A stretch of DNA of 64,000 bases, from NCBI GenBank assembly GCA_963700145.1, contig OY969474.1, positions 416,001 through 480,000 of the forward strand. Direction: 5' to 3'. The translations under genes and the position numbers were made by a program. Below are positions 44,887 to 54,812 of this stretch, piece after piece (the stretch's first letter is position 1; every line of letters begins with the position of its first letter). The stretch is from an uncultured Acidobacteriota bacterium. Lineage in GTDB: Bacteria > Acidobacteriota > Thermoanaerobaculia > Multivoradales > UBA5704. The notes beneath the pieces are model-generated. The model was not told where the DNA came from and did not search any database. It saw only the letters and a list, made by a program, of their open reading frames with translations.

Positions 44887-45987
44887 ATGGCGGCGACCGC
44901 GAACCTCCCCGGGAAGAGCCCCGACCTCGTCGTCCGGCAAGAGGAGCCCTTCAACGCCGGGCCGCCGCTCGACCGGCTGCTGCGCCACCCGATCACCTCC
45001 GCCGACCTCTTCTTCGTCCGCAACCACGCCGCGGTGCCGCGGATCGATCCGCAGCGCTACCGGCTGACGATCGAGGGTCTGGTCGAGCGCGCCCTGGCGC
45101 TCACCGTCGAGGACCTGCGCCGCAACTTCTCCTGGGTGCAGATCGAGGCCACCCTGCAGTGCGCCGGCAACCGGCGCACCGAGCTGACGTCCGTCGCCCC
45201 CATCCCCGGCGAGCTGCCCTGGGGGAGCGAGGCGATCTCGAACGCCCGCTGGGCGGGCGCGCCGCTCGCCGAGGTGCTCGCCGAGGCCAACGTGCTCCCC
45301 GACGCGCGGCACGTCGGCTTCACCGGCCTCGACCGGGTCGAGCGGCTGGGGAGCCGCTTCGGCTTCGGCGGCTCGGTGCCGCTCGGCAAGGCGCTCGGCC
45401 CCGAGGTGCTGCTCGCCTACGAGATGAACGGCGAGCCGCTGCCGCCGGTCCACGGCGCCCCGCTGCGCGCCCTCGTCCCCGGCTACATCGGGGCGCGCAG
45501 CGTCAAGTGGCTGTCGCGCATCGAGGTGCTGCGCGACCCCTCCGAGAACTACTTCCAGACCCGCGCCTACCGTCTCTCGCCGCCGGACGCGCGGGACCCC
45601 GCGGAGATCGACTGGTCGCAGGCGGTGATGCTCGGCGAGCTGCCGGTCAACTCGGTGATCTGCGACCCGGCCGACGGCGACGAGGTCCCGGCCGGGCGGC
45701 TCACCGTCGCCGGCTGGGCGATGGCGGGGGGCGGCCGCACGGTCGAGCGCGTCGACCTCTCGGGCGACGGCGGCCTCACCTGGTCGCGCTGCGAGGTCCT
45801 CCGCGGCGAGCGCTGGGCCTGGTGCCTATGGGGCGGCGAGGTCGAGCTGGCGCCGGGACCGCAGGAGCTCGTGGTCCGGGCGCTCGACTCGGCCGCGCAG
45901 CTCCAGCCCGAGCGCCTCGAGAGCGTCTGGAACGCCAAGGGCTACGCCAACAACGCCTGGCACCGCCTCGCCGTCACCGCCGTCTGA
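44887..45987 (+). CDS. Sulfite oxidase family molybdoenzyme (Moco and dimerisation domains, no heme domain)
   Basis: FFVRNH, LQCAGNRR (Mo-ligand Cys), HGAPLR, GARSVKWL, WNAKGY. Confidence 0.9.
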   Translation: MAATANLPGKSPDLVVRQEEPFNAGPPLDRLLRHPITSADLFFVRNHAAVPRIDPQRYRLTIEGLVERALALTVEDLRRNFSWVQIEATLQCAGNRRTELTSVAPIPGELPWGSEAISNARWAGAPLAEVLAEANVLPDARHVGFTGLDRVERLGSRFGFGGSVPLGKALGPEVLLAYEMNGEPLPPVHGAPLRALVPGYIGARSVKWLSRIEVLRDPSENYFQTRAYRLSPPDARDPAEIDWSQAVMLGELPVNSVICDPADGDEVPAGRLTVAGWAMAGGGRTVERVDLSGDGGLTWSRCEVLRGERWAWCLWGGEVELAPGPQELVVRALDSAAQLQPERLESVWNAKGYANNAWHRLAVTAV

Positions 45988-45992
45988 GCGCT

Positions 45993-46769
45993 CTACCCTT
46001 TGGCCGGGCGCTGCGGCGCGCCGTTGCCGGCGAGGCTGTAAGGCTCGCGCAGCTGGACCGGTTCCTTGGTGACCCGGTGCAGCCGCAGGTTCAGCATCTC
46101 GACGAAGATCGAGAACCCCATCGCGAAGTAGATGTAGCCCTTCGGGATGTGCTGGTCGAGCCCCTCGGCGAGCAGCGAGACGCCGATCAGCAGCAGGAAG
46201 GAGAGGGCCAGCATCTTCACCGTCGGATGGCGGTGGACGAAGTCGCCGAGCGGGCCGGCGGCGACGAGCATGACGCCGACGGCGATGACCACCGCCGCGA
46301 TCATCACGCCGACCTGATCGACCATGCCGACCGCGGTGATCACCGAGTCGAGCGAGAAGACGATGTCGAGCAGCGCGATCTGCGCGATCACCGCGCCGAA
46401 CGAGGCGGGGACGCGGGCGCTGGCGTGCCCCTCCTCGCCTTCGAGCTTGTCGTGAATCTCGTGGGTCGCTTTGTAGAGCAGGAAGAGGCCGCCCAGGAGG
46501 AGGATCAGGTCGCGGCCGGAGATCTCCTGGCCGAAGACGGTGAAGAGTGGCCGCGTCAGCCGGATCACCCAGGCGATCGATAGCAGGAGCAGGATGCGCG
46601 TCCCCATCGCGACGGCGAGGCCGAGCCGGCGCGCCCGGGCCTGCTGATTGGCTGGCAGCTTCCCGGCGAGGATCGAGATGAAGACGATGTTGTCGACGCC
46701 GAGGACGACTTCGAGCACCGTCAGCGTCAGCAGCGCGATCCAGACCTGCGGGTCGGAGGCCCATTCCAT
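45993..46769 (-). CDS. TerC family membrane protein
   Basis: LEVVLGVDNIVF, DIVFSLDSVITAVG. Confidence 0.93.
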   Translation of the reverse strand: MEWASDPQVWIALLTLTVLEVVLGVDNIVFISILAGKLPANQQARARRLGLAVAMGTRILLLLSIAWVIRLTRPLFTVFGQEISGRDLILLLGGLFLLYKATHEIHDKLEGEEGHASARVPASFGAVIAQIALLDIVFSLDSVITAVGMVDQVGVMIAAVVIAVGVMLVAAGPLGDFVHRHPTVKMLALSFLLLIGVSLLAEGLDQHIPKGYIYFAMGFSIFVEMLNLRLHRVTKEPVQLREPYSLAGNGAPQRPAKG

Positions 46770-46831
46770 CGGAGATCCCTCTCTTCTGCCGTAGCTCGGT
46801 CCCCGGACGGGGGGGCGGCGGGAGGTGAATT

Positions 46832-47236
46832 CTACGTTCGGGGTACCTCGCTCATCAACCCCAGGAAGTTCTCCTCCGAGTCGCGGAAGAAAGCCAGCCA
46901 GAGGTCGTGATCGGGAAGGCTCGCCACCTTGTGCGGCGTCCCCTCGAAGCGGACGCCGCGCCCGGCCAGGGCCGCGTGCGCGGCCTGGATATCGTCCACC
47001 TTGAAGTAGAGGATCGAGCCCGGGTGGTCGAACTCCGGCTTCTCGGCGCGGCCGAGCATCAGCCGAATGCCGCCGCAGTCGAAGAAGGCCAGGGGCCCGG
47101 GCGCCGCGAAGAGGAAGCGCATCCCCAGGGCGTCGCGGTAGAAAGCGGTGGCCCGCTCGACGTCGTGCGCGATGACCGCGATCTGCCCGATCCGCTCCAG
47201 CCCGAACCCCGCTGCCGTCGCTTCGCTGCCGTTCAT
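46832..47236 (-). CDS. VOC/glyoxalase family protein
   Basis: IGQIAV...FYRDALG...FFRDSEEN; GAGGAG ribosome-binding site upstream. Confidence 0.88.
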   Translation of the reverse strand: MNGSEATAAGFGLERIGQIAVIAHDVERATAFYRDALGMRFLFAAPGPLAFFDCGGIRLMLGRAEKPEFDHPGSILYFKVDDIQAAHAALAGRGVRFEGTPHKVASLPDHDLWLAFFRDSEENFLGLMSEVPRT

Positions 47237-47250
47237 GGTCGTGTCTCCTC

Positions 47251-47279
47251 TTGACATTGTTAGTTAGGCTAACTAAATT
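47251..47279. promoter_or_regulatory. MarR operator palindrome overlapping divergent promoters
   Basis: Perfect TTAGTTAG-G-CTAACTAA at 47260-47276, inside TTGACA (47251), N17, TAAATT (47274). Confidence 0.8.
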
Positions 47280-47285
47280 TAGGCC

Positions 47286-47741
47286 GTGAGCCGGAAGAAG
47301 TCAAGCGCGGCGGCCGGGGAGGAGAGCCAGGAGCTGGCGCTCCGCCTGCACGCCGCGGCGATCCACCTGCTGCGGCGGCTGCGGCAGGAGGACGCGGCGC
47401 TGGGCGTCTCGCCGGCGCGCGCCTCGGCGCTCTCGGTGCTCGCCTTCGGCGGCGCGCGTACGCTGGGCGAGCTGGCGGCGGCCGAGCAGGTGACGGCGCC
47501 GACGATGAGCCGACTGGTGGCGGCGCTGGAGGCGGACGGCCTGGTGGCGCGCGAGCCCGACCCCACCGACGGCCGGGTGGTGCGCCTGCGCGCCACCGCC
47601 GCCGGCCTGCGCTTGATCGAGCGCGGGCGCGCCCGGCGCGCCGCGCGGCTGGCGGCACGTCTCGAGGCGCTGGCGCCCGCCGAGCGGGCGGCGCTCGAGC
47701 GCGCGGTGGCGCTCCTCGAAGGGCTGCTGCCGGAGCTGTAG
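47286..47741 (+). CDS. MarR family regulator
   Basis: ELAAAEQVTAPTMSRLVAALEADGLV...DGR. Confidence 0.92.
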   Translation: MSRKKSSAAAGEESQELALRLHAAAIHLLRRLRQEDAALGVSPARASALSVLAFGGARTLGELAAAEQVTAPTMSRLVAALEADGLVAREPDPTDGRVVRLRATAAGLRLIERGRARRAARLAARLEALAPAERAALERAVALLEGLLPEL

Positions 47742-47759
47742 GGGGCGAGGCGCTCGCGC

Positions 47760-48947
47760 CTAGTCGGGCTGGCCGCGCGGCGCGACACGCAGGCCGGCGG
47801 GCGCTTCCTCGTCGGCCACCAGCGCGGCGCGGCCGGCGAGCCAGTCGAGAGCGGCCTGGCCGGCCAGCTCCCGCCGCCACCCCTGGAGCAGCGGCAGGTC
47901 CGGCTCGTGGTCGCGGTTGCCCAGCGACCACCAGGCGGCGAGCGTCTCGGCGTCGCCGCGCGAGGCGACGAAGCGCGCCGCCACGTCCCCCTCCCGGCTG
48001 CGCGCCTGGATCAGCGCCGAGAGCATCGCCGCCCAGCTCTGTGCCACCGGCGAGAGGAACGGCTCGCGCTCCGCCTCGACCGGCTCCTGCCAGCCCTGGC
48101 GGAGCGCGGCGAGGATGTCCCGCCCGTGGCGGCGGGCGGTGCCCTCCGACACCCCGCGTACGTCCTCCAGCGCCGCCTCCGACTTCGGCGGCCGGCGGGC
48201 GAGCGCCAGGAGCGGCCCCTCCTGGAGGATCCAGGACGGCGGCTTGTTGCCGGCGAGCGCCTCGCGCTCGCGCCAGGCGGCGAGGGCGCGGAGCGCGCCG
48301 AGCTGCCGCGGGTTGAGGTTGCTCCACCCCTTGAGCCGGCGGTAGGTCTCTTCCGGCGGCAACCGGCGGGAGGCGGCCTCGGCCATCCGCCGGGTCTCCT
48401 CCTCGACCCAGCCCAGGCGGCCGCGGTCGGCGAGCCGGCGCGACAGCTCCTGCCAGAGGCGTGGCAGGTAACGCACGTCGTCGAGGGCGTAGGCGAGCTG
48501 CTCGGGGGTGAGCGGCCGGCGTGCCCACTGCGTGAACTGGGAGGTCTTGTCGAGCTTGACGCCGAGCAGCCGCTCGACGAGCGGCGCGTAGCCCACCTGC
48601 TCGCCGAGGCCGAGGAAGGCGGCGGCGATCTGCGTGTCGAGGACGTTCGCCCCGCGCGCCCCGTAGAGGTGCCCGAGGAGGGCGAGGTCGCCGTGCCCGG
48701 CATGGAGGAGCTTGGTGACCGCCGGGTTGCCGACCAGCTCGACGATCGGCCGCGGATCGACCGCCAGCGGATCGACCGCCGCCACCTCCGGGTTTGCCGC
48801 GTCCCCCCAGGCGACCTGAACGAGCGCCAGCTCCGGCACGTAGCGCGACTCGGAGACGAACTCCAGGTCGAGCGCGAACCCCCCGGCCGCGGCCAGCTCC
48901 GCCGCCAGGGCGGCCACGTCGGCGGACTGCGTAAGGGGAGGTGGCAT
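47760..48947 (-). CDS. rnd: Ribonuclease D (3'-5' exonuclease plus HRDC)
   Basis: DLEF, DTQIAA, WARRPL..QLAYALDDV and an HRDC domain (WREREA...NKPPSWIL). Confidence 0.88.
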   Translation of the reverse strand: MPPPLTQSADVAALAAELAAAGGFALDLEFVSESRYVPELALVQVAWGDAANPEVAAVDPLAVDPRPIVELVGNPAVTKLLHAGHGDLALLGHLYGARGANVLDTQIAAAFLGLGEQVGYAPLVERLLGVKLDKTSQFTQWARRPLTPEQLAYALDDVRYLPRLWQELSRRLADRGRLGWVEEETRRMAEAASRRLPPEETYRRLKGWSNLNPRQLGALRALAAWREREALAGNKPPSWILQEGPLLALARRPPKSEAALEDVRGVSEGTARRHGRDILAALRQGWQEPVEAEREPFLSPVAQSWAAMLSALIQARSREGDVAARFVASRGDAETLAAWWSLGNRDHEPDLPLLQGWRRELAGQAALDWLAGRAALVADEEAPAGLRVAPRGQPD

Positions 48948-49024
48948 GCGGCGGAGGGCATTGTAACGACGTGGCGTAGAATCCCGCAGACCCGCGGGCC
49001 AAGCTCTCGCCTCGACCCCCCGAC

Positions 49025-50734
49025 ATGACCGAGCAGAGCCCCCCGCCGGCCCCGCAGGCGGGGTCCGGCGGCGCCGCGGCACGGGTGGCGGTAGGGATCT
49101 TCCTCTCGCGGCTGGTGGGGTTCCTGCGCGAGCGGGGGCTGGCCTACTTCTTCGGCGTCGGGCCGCACGCCGACGTCTTCCGCGCCGCGCTGCGGGCGCC
49201 GAACGCGCTGCAGAACCTGCTCGGCGAGGGCACCCTCTCCGCCGCCTTCATCCCGATCTACAGCCGCTTCCTCGCCGCCGGCGAGCGCGAGGACGCCCGC
49301 CGCTTCGCCGGCGCCATCCTCGGCCTCCTCGTCGCCCTGGCCGGCGGCGCCGCGCTCCTCGGCGTCCTCCTGGCGCGGCCGCTCGTCGCCCTCCTCGCCG
49401 CCGGCTTCCTCGCCGACGCCCCGCGGGTCGCCGCCGGGGAGCTCGCCGTCGACCGCTACGAGCTGACGGTGCGCGCGGTGCGCATCCTCTTCCCGATGAC
49501 CGGCCTCCTGGTCCTCTCGGCCTGGGCGCTCGGCATCCTCAACAGCCACCGCCGCTTCTTTCTCTCCTACGTCGCGCCGGTGGTCTGGAACGCCGCGATC
49601 CTGGCGGCCCTCCTGACCGCCGGGGCGGTGCTGGCGCCGGGCGGCCTCCGCGCCGCCGGCGCCGGGCTGCCGGCGCCGCTCCTCGACCGGGTGCTGATCG
49701 CCGCCTGCTGGGGCGCGCTGCTCGGCGGGCTGCTGCAGTTCCTGGTGCAGCTGCCGCTCGTCCTCCGCCTTCTCGGCGGCCTCCGCCTCTCGCTCTCGAC
49801 CCGCGCCCCCGGCGTGCGCGAGGCCCTCGCCACCTTCGCGCCGGTCGTCGGCAGCCGCGGCGTCGTGCAGCTCGCCGGCTACCTCGACGTCTTCCTCGCC
49901 TCCTTCCTCGCCGCCGGCGCCACCGGCGCCCTCGGCTACGCGCAGATGCCTTACCTCCTGCCGGTGAGCCTCTTCGGCCTCTCGGTAGCGGCGGCCGAGC
50001 TGCCCGAGCTGGCGCGCCTGCGCGACCCCGAGTCGGCGCAGACGCTGCTCGCGCGGGTGCGCCGCTCGCTCGGGCGGATGGCGTTCCTCAACGCTCCCAC
50101 GACGGTGGGTTACCTCGCGTTCGGCCTGCTGATCGTCGCCGCCCTCTACCGCACCGGCACCTTCGGCGCCGCCGACACCTGGCTGGTCTACCTCGTCCTC
50201 GCCGGCTACACGCTGGGGCTCCTCGCCACGACCTCCTCGCGCCTCTTGCAGAACACCTTCTACGCGGTGGGCGACGCGCGCACACCGGCGCGCACCGCGG
50301 TCCTGCGGGTGGCGGTGGCGGCGGCGCTCGCGGTGCCGCTGATGCTCTGGCTCGACCGCTACGCCGTCGGGGCGTTCGTGGACCTGCCGGCCCAGGGGCG
50401 GCCGGTCCGCCTCGGCGCAGTCGGCCTGAGCCTGGGCTCGGCCGCCGGCGCCTGGCTCGAGCTCTGGCGCCTGCGCGCCGCCCTCCGGCGGCGGCTGGCC
50501 GCGGAGGTGGTGCCGTGGGGCGCGATGGGCAAGATGCTCGGGCTCGCCGCCGCCGCGGCGCTGCCGGCGGGGGCCCTCGCCTGGCACCTCCCGGAGGCTT
50601 TACACCCCGCCCTCCGGGCGCTCCTCGTGCTCGGCGTCTACGGCGGCGGCTATCTCCTGCTGGCGCGCCTCGCCGGAGTGGGGGAGCTGGACGCGCTCCG
50701 CAGGCGGCTCGGGCGCGGCGGCGCCGCGCCATGA
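49025..50734 (+). CDS. murJ: Lipid II flippase MurJ
   Basis: LSRLVGFLRE, PNALQNLLGEGTLSAAFIP; many transmembrane segments. Confidence 0.92.
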   Translation: MTEQSPPPAPQAGSGGAAARVAVGIFLSRLVGFLRERGLAYFFGVGPHADVFRAALRAPNALQNLLGEGTLSAAFIPIYSRFLAAGEREDARRFAGAILGLLVALAGGAALLGVLLARPLVALLAAGFLADAPRVAAGELAVDRYELTVRAVRILFPMTGLLVLSAWALGILNSHRRFFLSYVAPVVWNAAILAALLTAGAVLAPGGLRAAGAGLPAPLLDRVLIAACWGALLGGLLQFLVQLPLVLRLLGGLRLSLSTRAPGVREALATFAPVVGSRGVVQLAGYLDVFLASFLAAGATGALGYAQMPYLLPVSLFGLSVAAAELPELARLRDPESAQTLLARVRRSLGRMAFLNAPTTVGYLAFGLLIVAALYRTGTFGAADTWLVYLVLAGYTLGLLATTSSRLLQNTFYAVGDARTPARTAVLRVAVAAALAVPLMLWLDRYAVGAFVDLPAQGRPVRLGAVGLSLGSAAGAWLELWRLRAALRRRLAAEVVPWGAMGKMLGLAAAAALPAGALAWHLPEALHPALRALLVLGVYGGGYLLLARLAGVGELDALRRRLGRGGAAP

Positions 50735-51108
50735 GCCTACGGGCCGCCGCCCTCCTCGCGCTCGCGACCCTGACCGCGGCCGGCTGCGGGGAGGGCGACG
50801 TCGTCGCGGAGGCGCGCCGGCGGACCGGCGGCGAACCCGCGCGCGGCCGCGAGCTGGTGCGCGTCTACGGCTGCGGCAGCTGCCACACCCTGCAAGGCGT
50901 GAGCGGCGCCGGCGGCGTGGTCGGGCCGCCGCTCGACGGCCTCGGCAGCCGCACCCATCTCGCCGGGCGGCTCCCCAACACGCCCGAGAACCTCCTGCTC
51001 TGGATCCAGCATCCGCAACGCGTCGCTCCCGGCACGAACATGCCCGACCTGGGGATCGGCGAGCGCGACGCCCGCGACCTCGCCGCCTACCTCTACACCC
51101 TGCGCTGA
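50731..51108 (+). CDS. c-type cytochrome lipoprotein
   Basis: Lipobox-like AAGC, heme motif CGSCH, GPPL and PGTNMP. Confidence 0.87.
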   Translation: MSLRAAALLALATLTAAGCGEGDVVAEARRRTGGEPARGRELVRVYGCGSCHTLQGVSGAGGVVGPPLDGLGSRTHLAGRLPNTPENLLLWIQHPQRVAPGTNMPDLGIGERDARDLAAYLYTLR

Positions 51109-51116
51109 GGCGGTCC

Positions 51117-53120
51117 TCAGTCCCGCGGGCGGGCGAAGCGGAGGCCGACGCGGAGGAGGCGCGGCGGGCCGAGCGTGAGGACCGGCGTGCGGCCCACCTC
51201 GACGCGCTCGTCGAAGAGGTTCTCGACCGCGGCGAAGGCGGTGAAGCCGCGGCCGAGCGGGCGGGCGGCGAGGAGGTCCACGGTCGCGAAGCTCGCGAGC
51301 CGCAGGCGGTTCTGGTCGTCGTCGAACTGCGCGTTCACCCAGCGCGCCTGGAGGCCTAGCGTGGCGCGCGGGTCGTCCCGGCGGAGCGTCAGCGAGGCCT
51401 GCCGCCGCGGCACCTGCGGCAGGCGCAGCCCCTCGAGGTCGCGGTTCGCCGGGAAGCTCGTCACCCGTGCGTCGGCCAGCAGCCACCCGGCGCCGAGCGT
51501 CCAGCGCTCACCCAGCCGCGCCGCCAGGTCCAGCTCGACGCCGCGCGAGCGGCTGCGGCCGAGGTTCTCGCGGCGGCGGGTGATGAGCCCCGGCTCGACC
51601 GCCAGGGTGACGTTGGCGATCGTGCGGTCCACCTCCATCCAGAAGAGAGTGCCGCGCGCCGTCAGCCGCCCGCCGGCGGCGGTGAGCAGCGCCCCTGCCT
51701 CCGCGCCCGCCGAGCGCTCCGCCGCCAGCGCCGGGTTCGCCAGGGTCACGACGTCGCCGACGCGGAAGGCGCGGTACAGCTCGTTGAGCGTCGGGGCGCG
51801 GAAGCCGCGGTAGGCGGCGGCGGTGAGCGCCCAGCGCTCGTCGACGCGGTAGAGGAGGGAGGCGCGCGGCGAGAAGGCGTCTTCCGCGCGCGCGCCGCCG
51901 GTGCCGTCGTTCTCCCGGCGGTCCCAGCGCGCGGCGAGGGCCAGGGAGAGCCGCTCCGAGAGTCGCAGCAGGTCCTCAGCGTAAAGCCCGGCCGTCCGCT
52001 GCCGCCCGCCGGCGGCGGCGCGCACGCTCCCCGCGGGGGTGAAGGCGGTCTCGTCGCTCGTCCCCTCGACGTCCCGCAGCTCGACCCCGGCGACCAGCGT
52101 CTGGCGCGCGCCGGCCGGCTGCGTCCACTGCAGGCTGCCGCCGGCCGTCTCGGCCGGCACCTCCTGCGCCCGGATCAACCGTTCGCTCCGCCGGTCGGCG
52201 GCGACCGCCGTGAACGTTTGCTCGAAGTCCTGCTCGCCGGCCCAGGCGCGTGCCGCGAGGAGACCGCCCCCGAGCCTCCAGTCGCCGCCGGTGCTGCCCT
52301 GGAAGAGCCGGGTGGCGTTGGTCTGGAGCGGCGTGCCGTTGCGGCGCGACTCGTCGAACGCGGAGGCCCGGACGAAGAGCCGCCCGCCCCCCGCCGGCGC
52401 GCGCTCGAGGGTCAGGTCGCCGGCGGCATGGCGCGAGTCGGCCGGCGTGTCCGCGGGACCGCGCTCGCGCGGATCGACGAGCACGTAACCGTCCGTCTCC
52501 GCGGCGGCGGCGGTGAGGCTCGCGCCCCACGTCGCGCCGCGTTCCACCCAGAAGAGCGACCCTTCGGCGCTGTCCAGCTCGCCGAGCGACGCTTCGCCGC
52601 GCACCTGCGGCGCCGCCTCCCGCCGCACGAGCTGCACCACGCCGGCGAGCGCCGTGCTGCCGTAGAGGTCCGAGGCGCCGCCGCGCAGCACCTCGACCCG
52701 CGCCAGCGCCGCCCGCGGCACCCGGCCCCAGTAGATCCAGCCGCCGAAGGGGTCGTTGAGCGGCACGCCGTCGTCGAGCACGAGGGCGCGGCTGGCGCCG
52801 CTGCCGCCGAGGCCGCGGAGCGAGGCCCCCTGCGCGGTCGGGTTGGCGAAGCGGCTGCCGCTGCGGCGGAAGAGGGAGAAGCCGGGCACCTGGCGGAGGG
52901 CGTCGTCGAGCGTCGGCGCGGCGGTGGCGGCCAGCTCCTCGGTCGAGAGCACCGTCACGCTCGCCGCCGTGTCGGCGAGGTGCGCCGGCGTGCGCGTGGC
53001 GGTGACGGTGATCTCATCCGCGATGGATTGAAGCGCCGCTTGCCGCAGCGGTTCGAGCACTGGGTGGAGGAGCGCGAGGTCGACCGCGAGCGCGGCCAGC
53101 AGCGCCGCGGCGCCGGTCAC
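51117..53120 (-). CDS. TonB-dependent receptor
   Basis: EITVTATR TonB box; plug motifs LRG, DGVP and VEVLRG; ENLFD near the C-terminus. Confidence 0.92.
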   Translation of the reverse strand: MTGAAALLAALAVDLALLHPVLEPLRQAALQSIADEITVTATRTPAHLADTAASVTVLSTEELAATAAPTLDDALRQVPGFSLFRRSGSRFANPTAQGASLRGLGGSGASRALVLDDGVPLNDPFGGWIYWGRVPRAALARVEVLRGGASDLYGSTALAGVVQLVRREAAPQVRGEASLGELDSAEGSLFWVERGATWGASLTAAAAETDGYVLVDPRERGPADTPADSRHAAGDLTLERAPAGGGRLFVRASAFDESRRNGTPLQTNATRLFQGSTGGDWRLGGGLLAARAWAGEQDFEQTFTAVAADRRSERLIRAQEVPAETAGGSLQWTQPAGARQTLVAGVELRDVEGTSDETAFTPAGSVRAAAGGRQRTAGLYAEDLLRLSERLSLALAARWDRRENDGTGGARAEDAFSPRASLLYRVDERWALTAAAYRGFRAPTLNELYRAFRVGDVVTLANPALAAERSAGAEAGALLTAAGGRLTARGTLFWMEVDRTIANVTLAVEPGLITRRRENLGRSRSRGVELDLAARLGERWTLGAGWLLADARVTSFPANRDLEGLRLPQVPRRQASLTLRRDDPRATLGLQARWVNAQFDDDQNRLRLASFATVDLLAARPLGRGFTAFAAVENLFDERVEVGRTPVLTLGPPRLLRVGLRFARPRD

Positions 53121-53620
53121 GGAGCGGCGGGGAGGCGGGAGAGGACCGTCTCGGCGATCCCGCGCGCGGCGGCGAACGGGTCGTCCACCTGCGGCGCCTG
53201 GACGGTGACCGTGAGCTGGGTGGCGCCCCGCCGCACGTGGAGCTGCCCCATCCCCTCCGCCCAGACGGCGCCGTCGCCGAGCCCGGTGACCTCGCGGCCG
53301 CGCAGCGTCGAGGCGACGGAGTCGAGCGTCCCCTGGGCGCGCTTCGCCGAGCGATGGCGGTGGATCTTGAGGCTGGCGATGTCCGGCGGGGAGGAGTAGC
53401 CCGCCGAGTAGGCGCAGACCGTGAGATCGCGCCCCAACTCGTCCTCGACCAGGCTCTGCATCAGCCCGACGTTGTCCTTGAGCACCACCTTGGCGTCGTT
53501 CGGCCCGAAGAGCTGGCAGGCGTCGAGCGGCGGCCCGGCGGCGGCAGGCTCCGCCTCGTCGTCGCCGCCGCAGCCGGCGAGGACGAGCCCGAGGACCAGG
53601 AGCCGCGCAAGCTTCCTCAA
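53117..53620 (-). CDS. Lipoprotein of unknown function
   Basis: LAGC lipobox, DAC and C-x-Y motifs, GLGDGA; coupled to both neighbours. Confidence 0.7.
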   Translation of the reverse strand: MRKLARLLVLGLVLAGCGGDDEAEPAAAGPPLDACQLFGPNDAKVVLKDNVGLMQSLVEDELGRDLTVCAYSAGYSSPPDIASLKIHRHRSAKRAQGTLDSVASTLRGREVTGLGDGAVWAEGMGQLHVRRGATQLTVTVQAPQVDDPFAAARGIAETVLSRLPAAP

Positions 53621-54705
53621 TGCACCCTCCGCCGGCGGTTGCGGATGTAGTCCGCCAGGATGAACTCGCCGAGATTGTACGGCGAGGCGAAGTAGGCGCG
53701 GCCGCGGTTGACCTTGGTGAGCTTCTCGACGAACTCGGTGAGCATCGGGTCGGTCGCCAGCATGAAGGTGGTGACGACCACCTTCTGCCGGCGGCAGAGG
53801 TCGGCCTCCTCGAGCGTCAGGTTGACGATCCTCATGTCGAGGCCGAAGGGGTTCTTGTAGATCCGGTTGCCGTCGGTGATCGCCGAGGGCTTGCCGTCGG
53901 TGATCAGGAAGATCTGCTTGTTCGGCTGCTTCTGGCGGGCGAGGAGGCTGCGCGCCAGCTGCAGCGCCTCGCGGGTGTTGGTGTGGAAGGGTCCGGCCTG
54001 GATGTAGGGGATGTCCGAAAGGTCCACGCGCTCGGCGCGGTCGCCGAAGAGGATCACGCCGAGGTGGTCCTTCGGGTACTTCGTGGTGATCAGCTCGGTC
54101 AGCGCCAGCGCCACCGTCTTGGCCGGCGTGATGCGGTCCTCGCCGTAGAGCACCATCGAGTGGCTGACGTCGATCGCCACGACCGTCGCGCAGGAGGTCA
54201 GGTGCTCGGTCTCGTGGATCTCCAGGTCCTCCTCGGCGAGCGCCAGGTCGCCGTGGGTGCGGCGCATGGCATTCTGCAGCGAGCGCGAGGCGTCGAGCAG
54301 GTGGAGGTCGTCGCCGAAGGCGTAGGGGCGGGTCTCGGGGAGGCGCTCGATCCCCTCGCCGGCGTTTTGCACCGGGTGATAGCCGGGGCCGGCCCGCTCG
54401 AGGCTGCCGAAGATCTCCTCGAAGGCGCTGCGCCGGATCTGCCGCTCGCCGGCGCCGGTCATCTGCAAGCCCCCCGCGGCGTCGCGCTCGAGGAGCTGCT
54501 GCTCCTCCAGGCTGGCGAAGAAAGCTTCAAGGTCCACGGCCTCCGAGATGTACCCTTGCTGTTGGAGCTGCCGCATCCAGTCCATCGCCTCATCGACGTC
54601 CCCACCCGAGGCGAGGAGGAGCTGGTTGAACAGCCGCAGCAGCGAGAGCCCGGCGAGGATCTCCTGCAGCAGCGCGGGATCGAGCCAGCGGTAGGAGTGG
54701 CGCAT
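53617..54705 (-). CDS. VWA-domain protein
   Basis: MIDAS DVSHSM, TNT, ITDG. Confidence 0.88.
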   Translation of the reverse strand: MRHSYRWLDPALLQEILAGLSLLRLFNQLLLASGGDVDEAMDWMRQLQQQGYISEAVDLEAFFASLEEQQLLERDAAGGLQMTGAGERQIRRSAFEEIFGSLERAGPGYHPVQNAGEGIERLPETRPYAFGDDLHLLDASRSLQNAMRRTHGDLALAEEDLEIHETEHLTSCATVVAIDVSHSMVLYGEDRITPAKTVALALTELITTKYPKDHLGVILFGDRAERVDLSDIPYIQAGPFHTNTREALQLARSLLARQKQPNKQIFLITDGKPSAITDGNRIYKNPFGLDMRIVNLTLEEADLCRRQKVVVTTFMLATDPMLTEFVEKLTKVNRGRAYFASPYNLGEFILADYIRNRRRRVH

Positions 54706-54720
54706 GGGTATCTAGGTTGG

Positions 54721-54810
54721 CCCCCGCCCAGATCCTTCGCTGCGCTCAGGATGACATGGCCGGACGTCATCCTGAGCGGAGCGCAGCGAAGCGAAGGATC
54801 TGGGCGGGGG
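54721..54810. repeat. Intergenic REP-like palindromic element
   Basis: CCCCCGCCCAGATCCTTCGCT...GCTCAGGATGAC and GTCATCCTGAGC...AGCGAAGGATCTGGGCGGGGG form long inverted arms. Confidence 0.8.
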
Positions 54811-54812
54811 CG

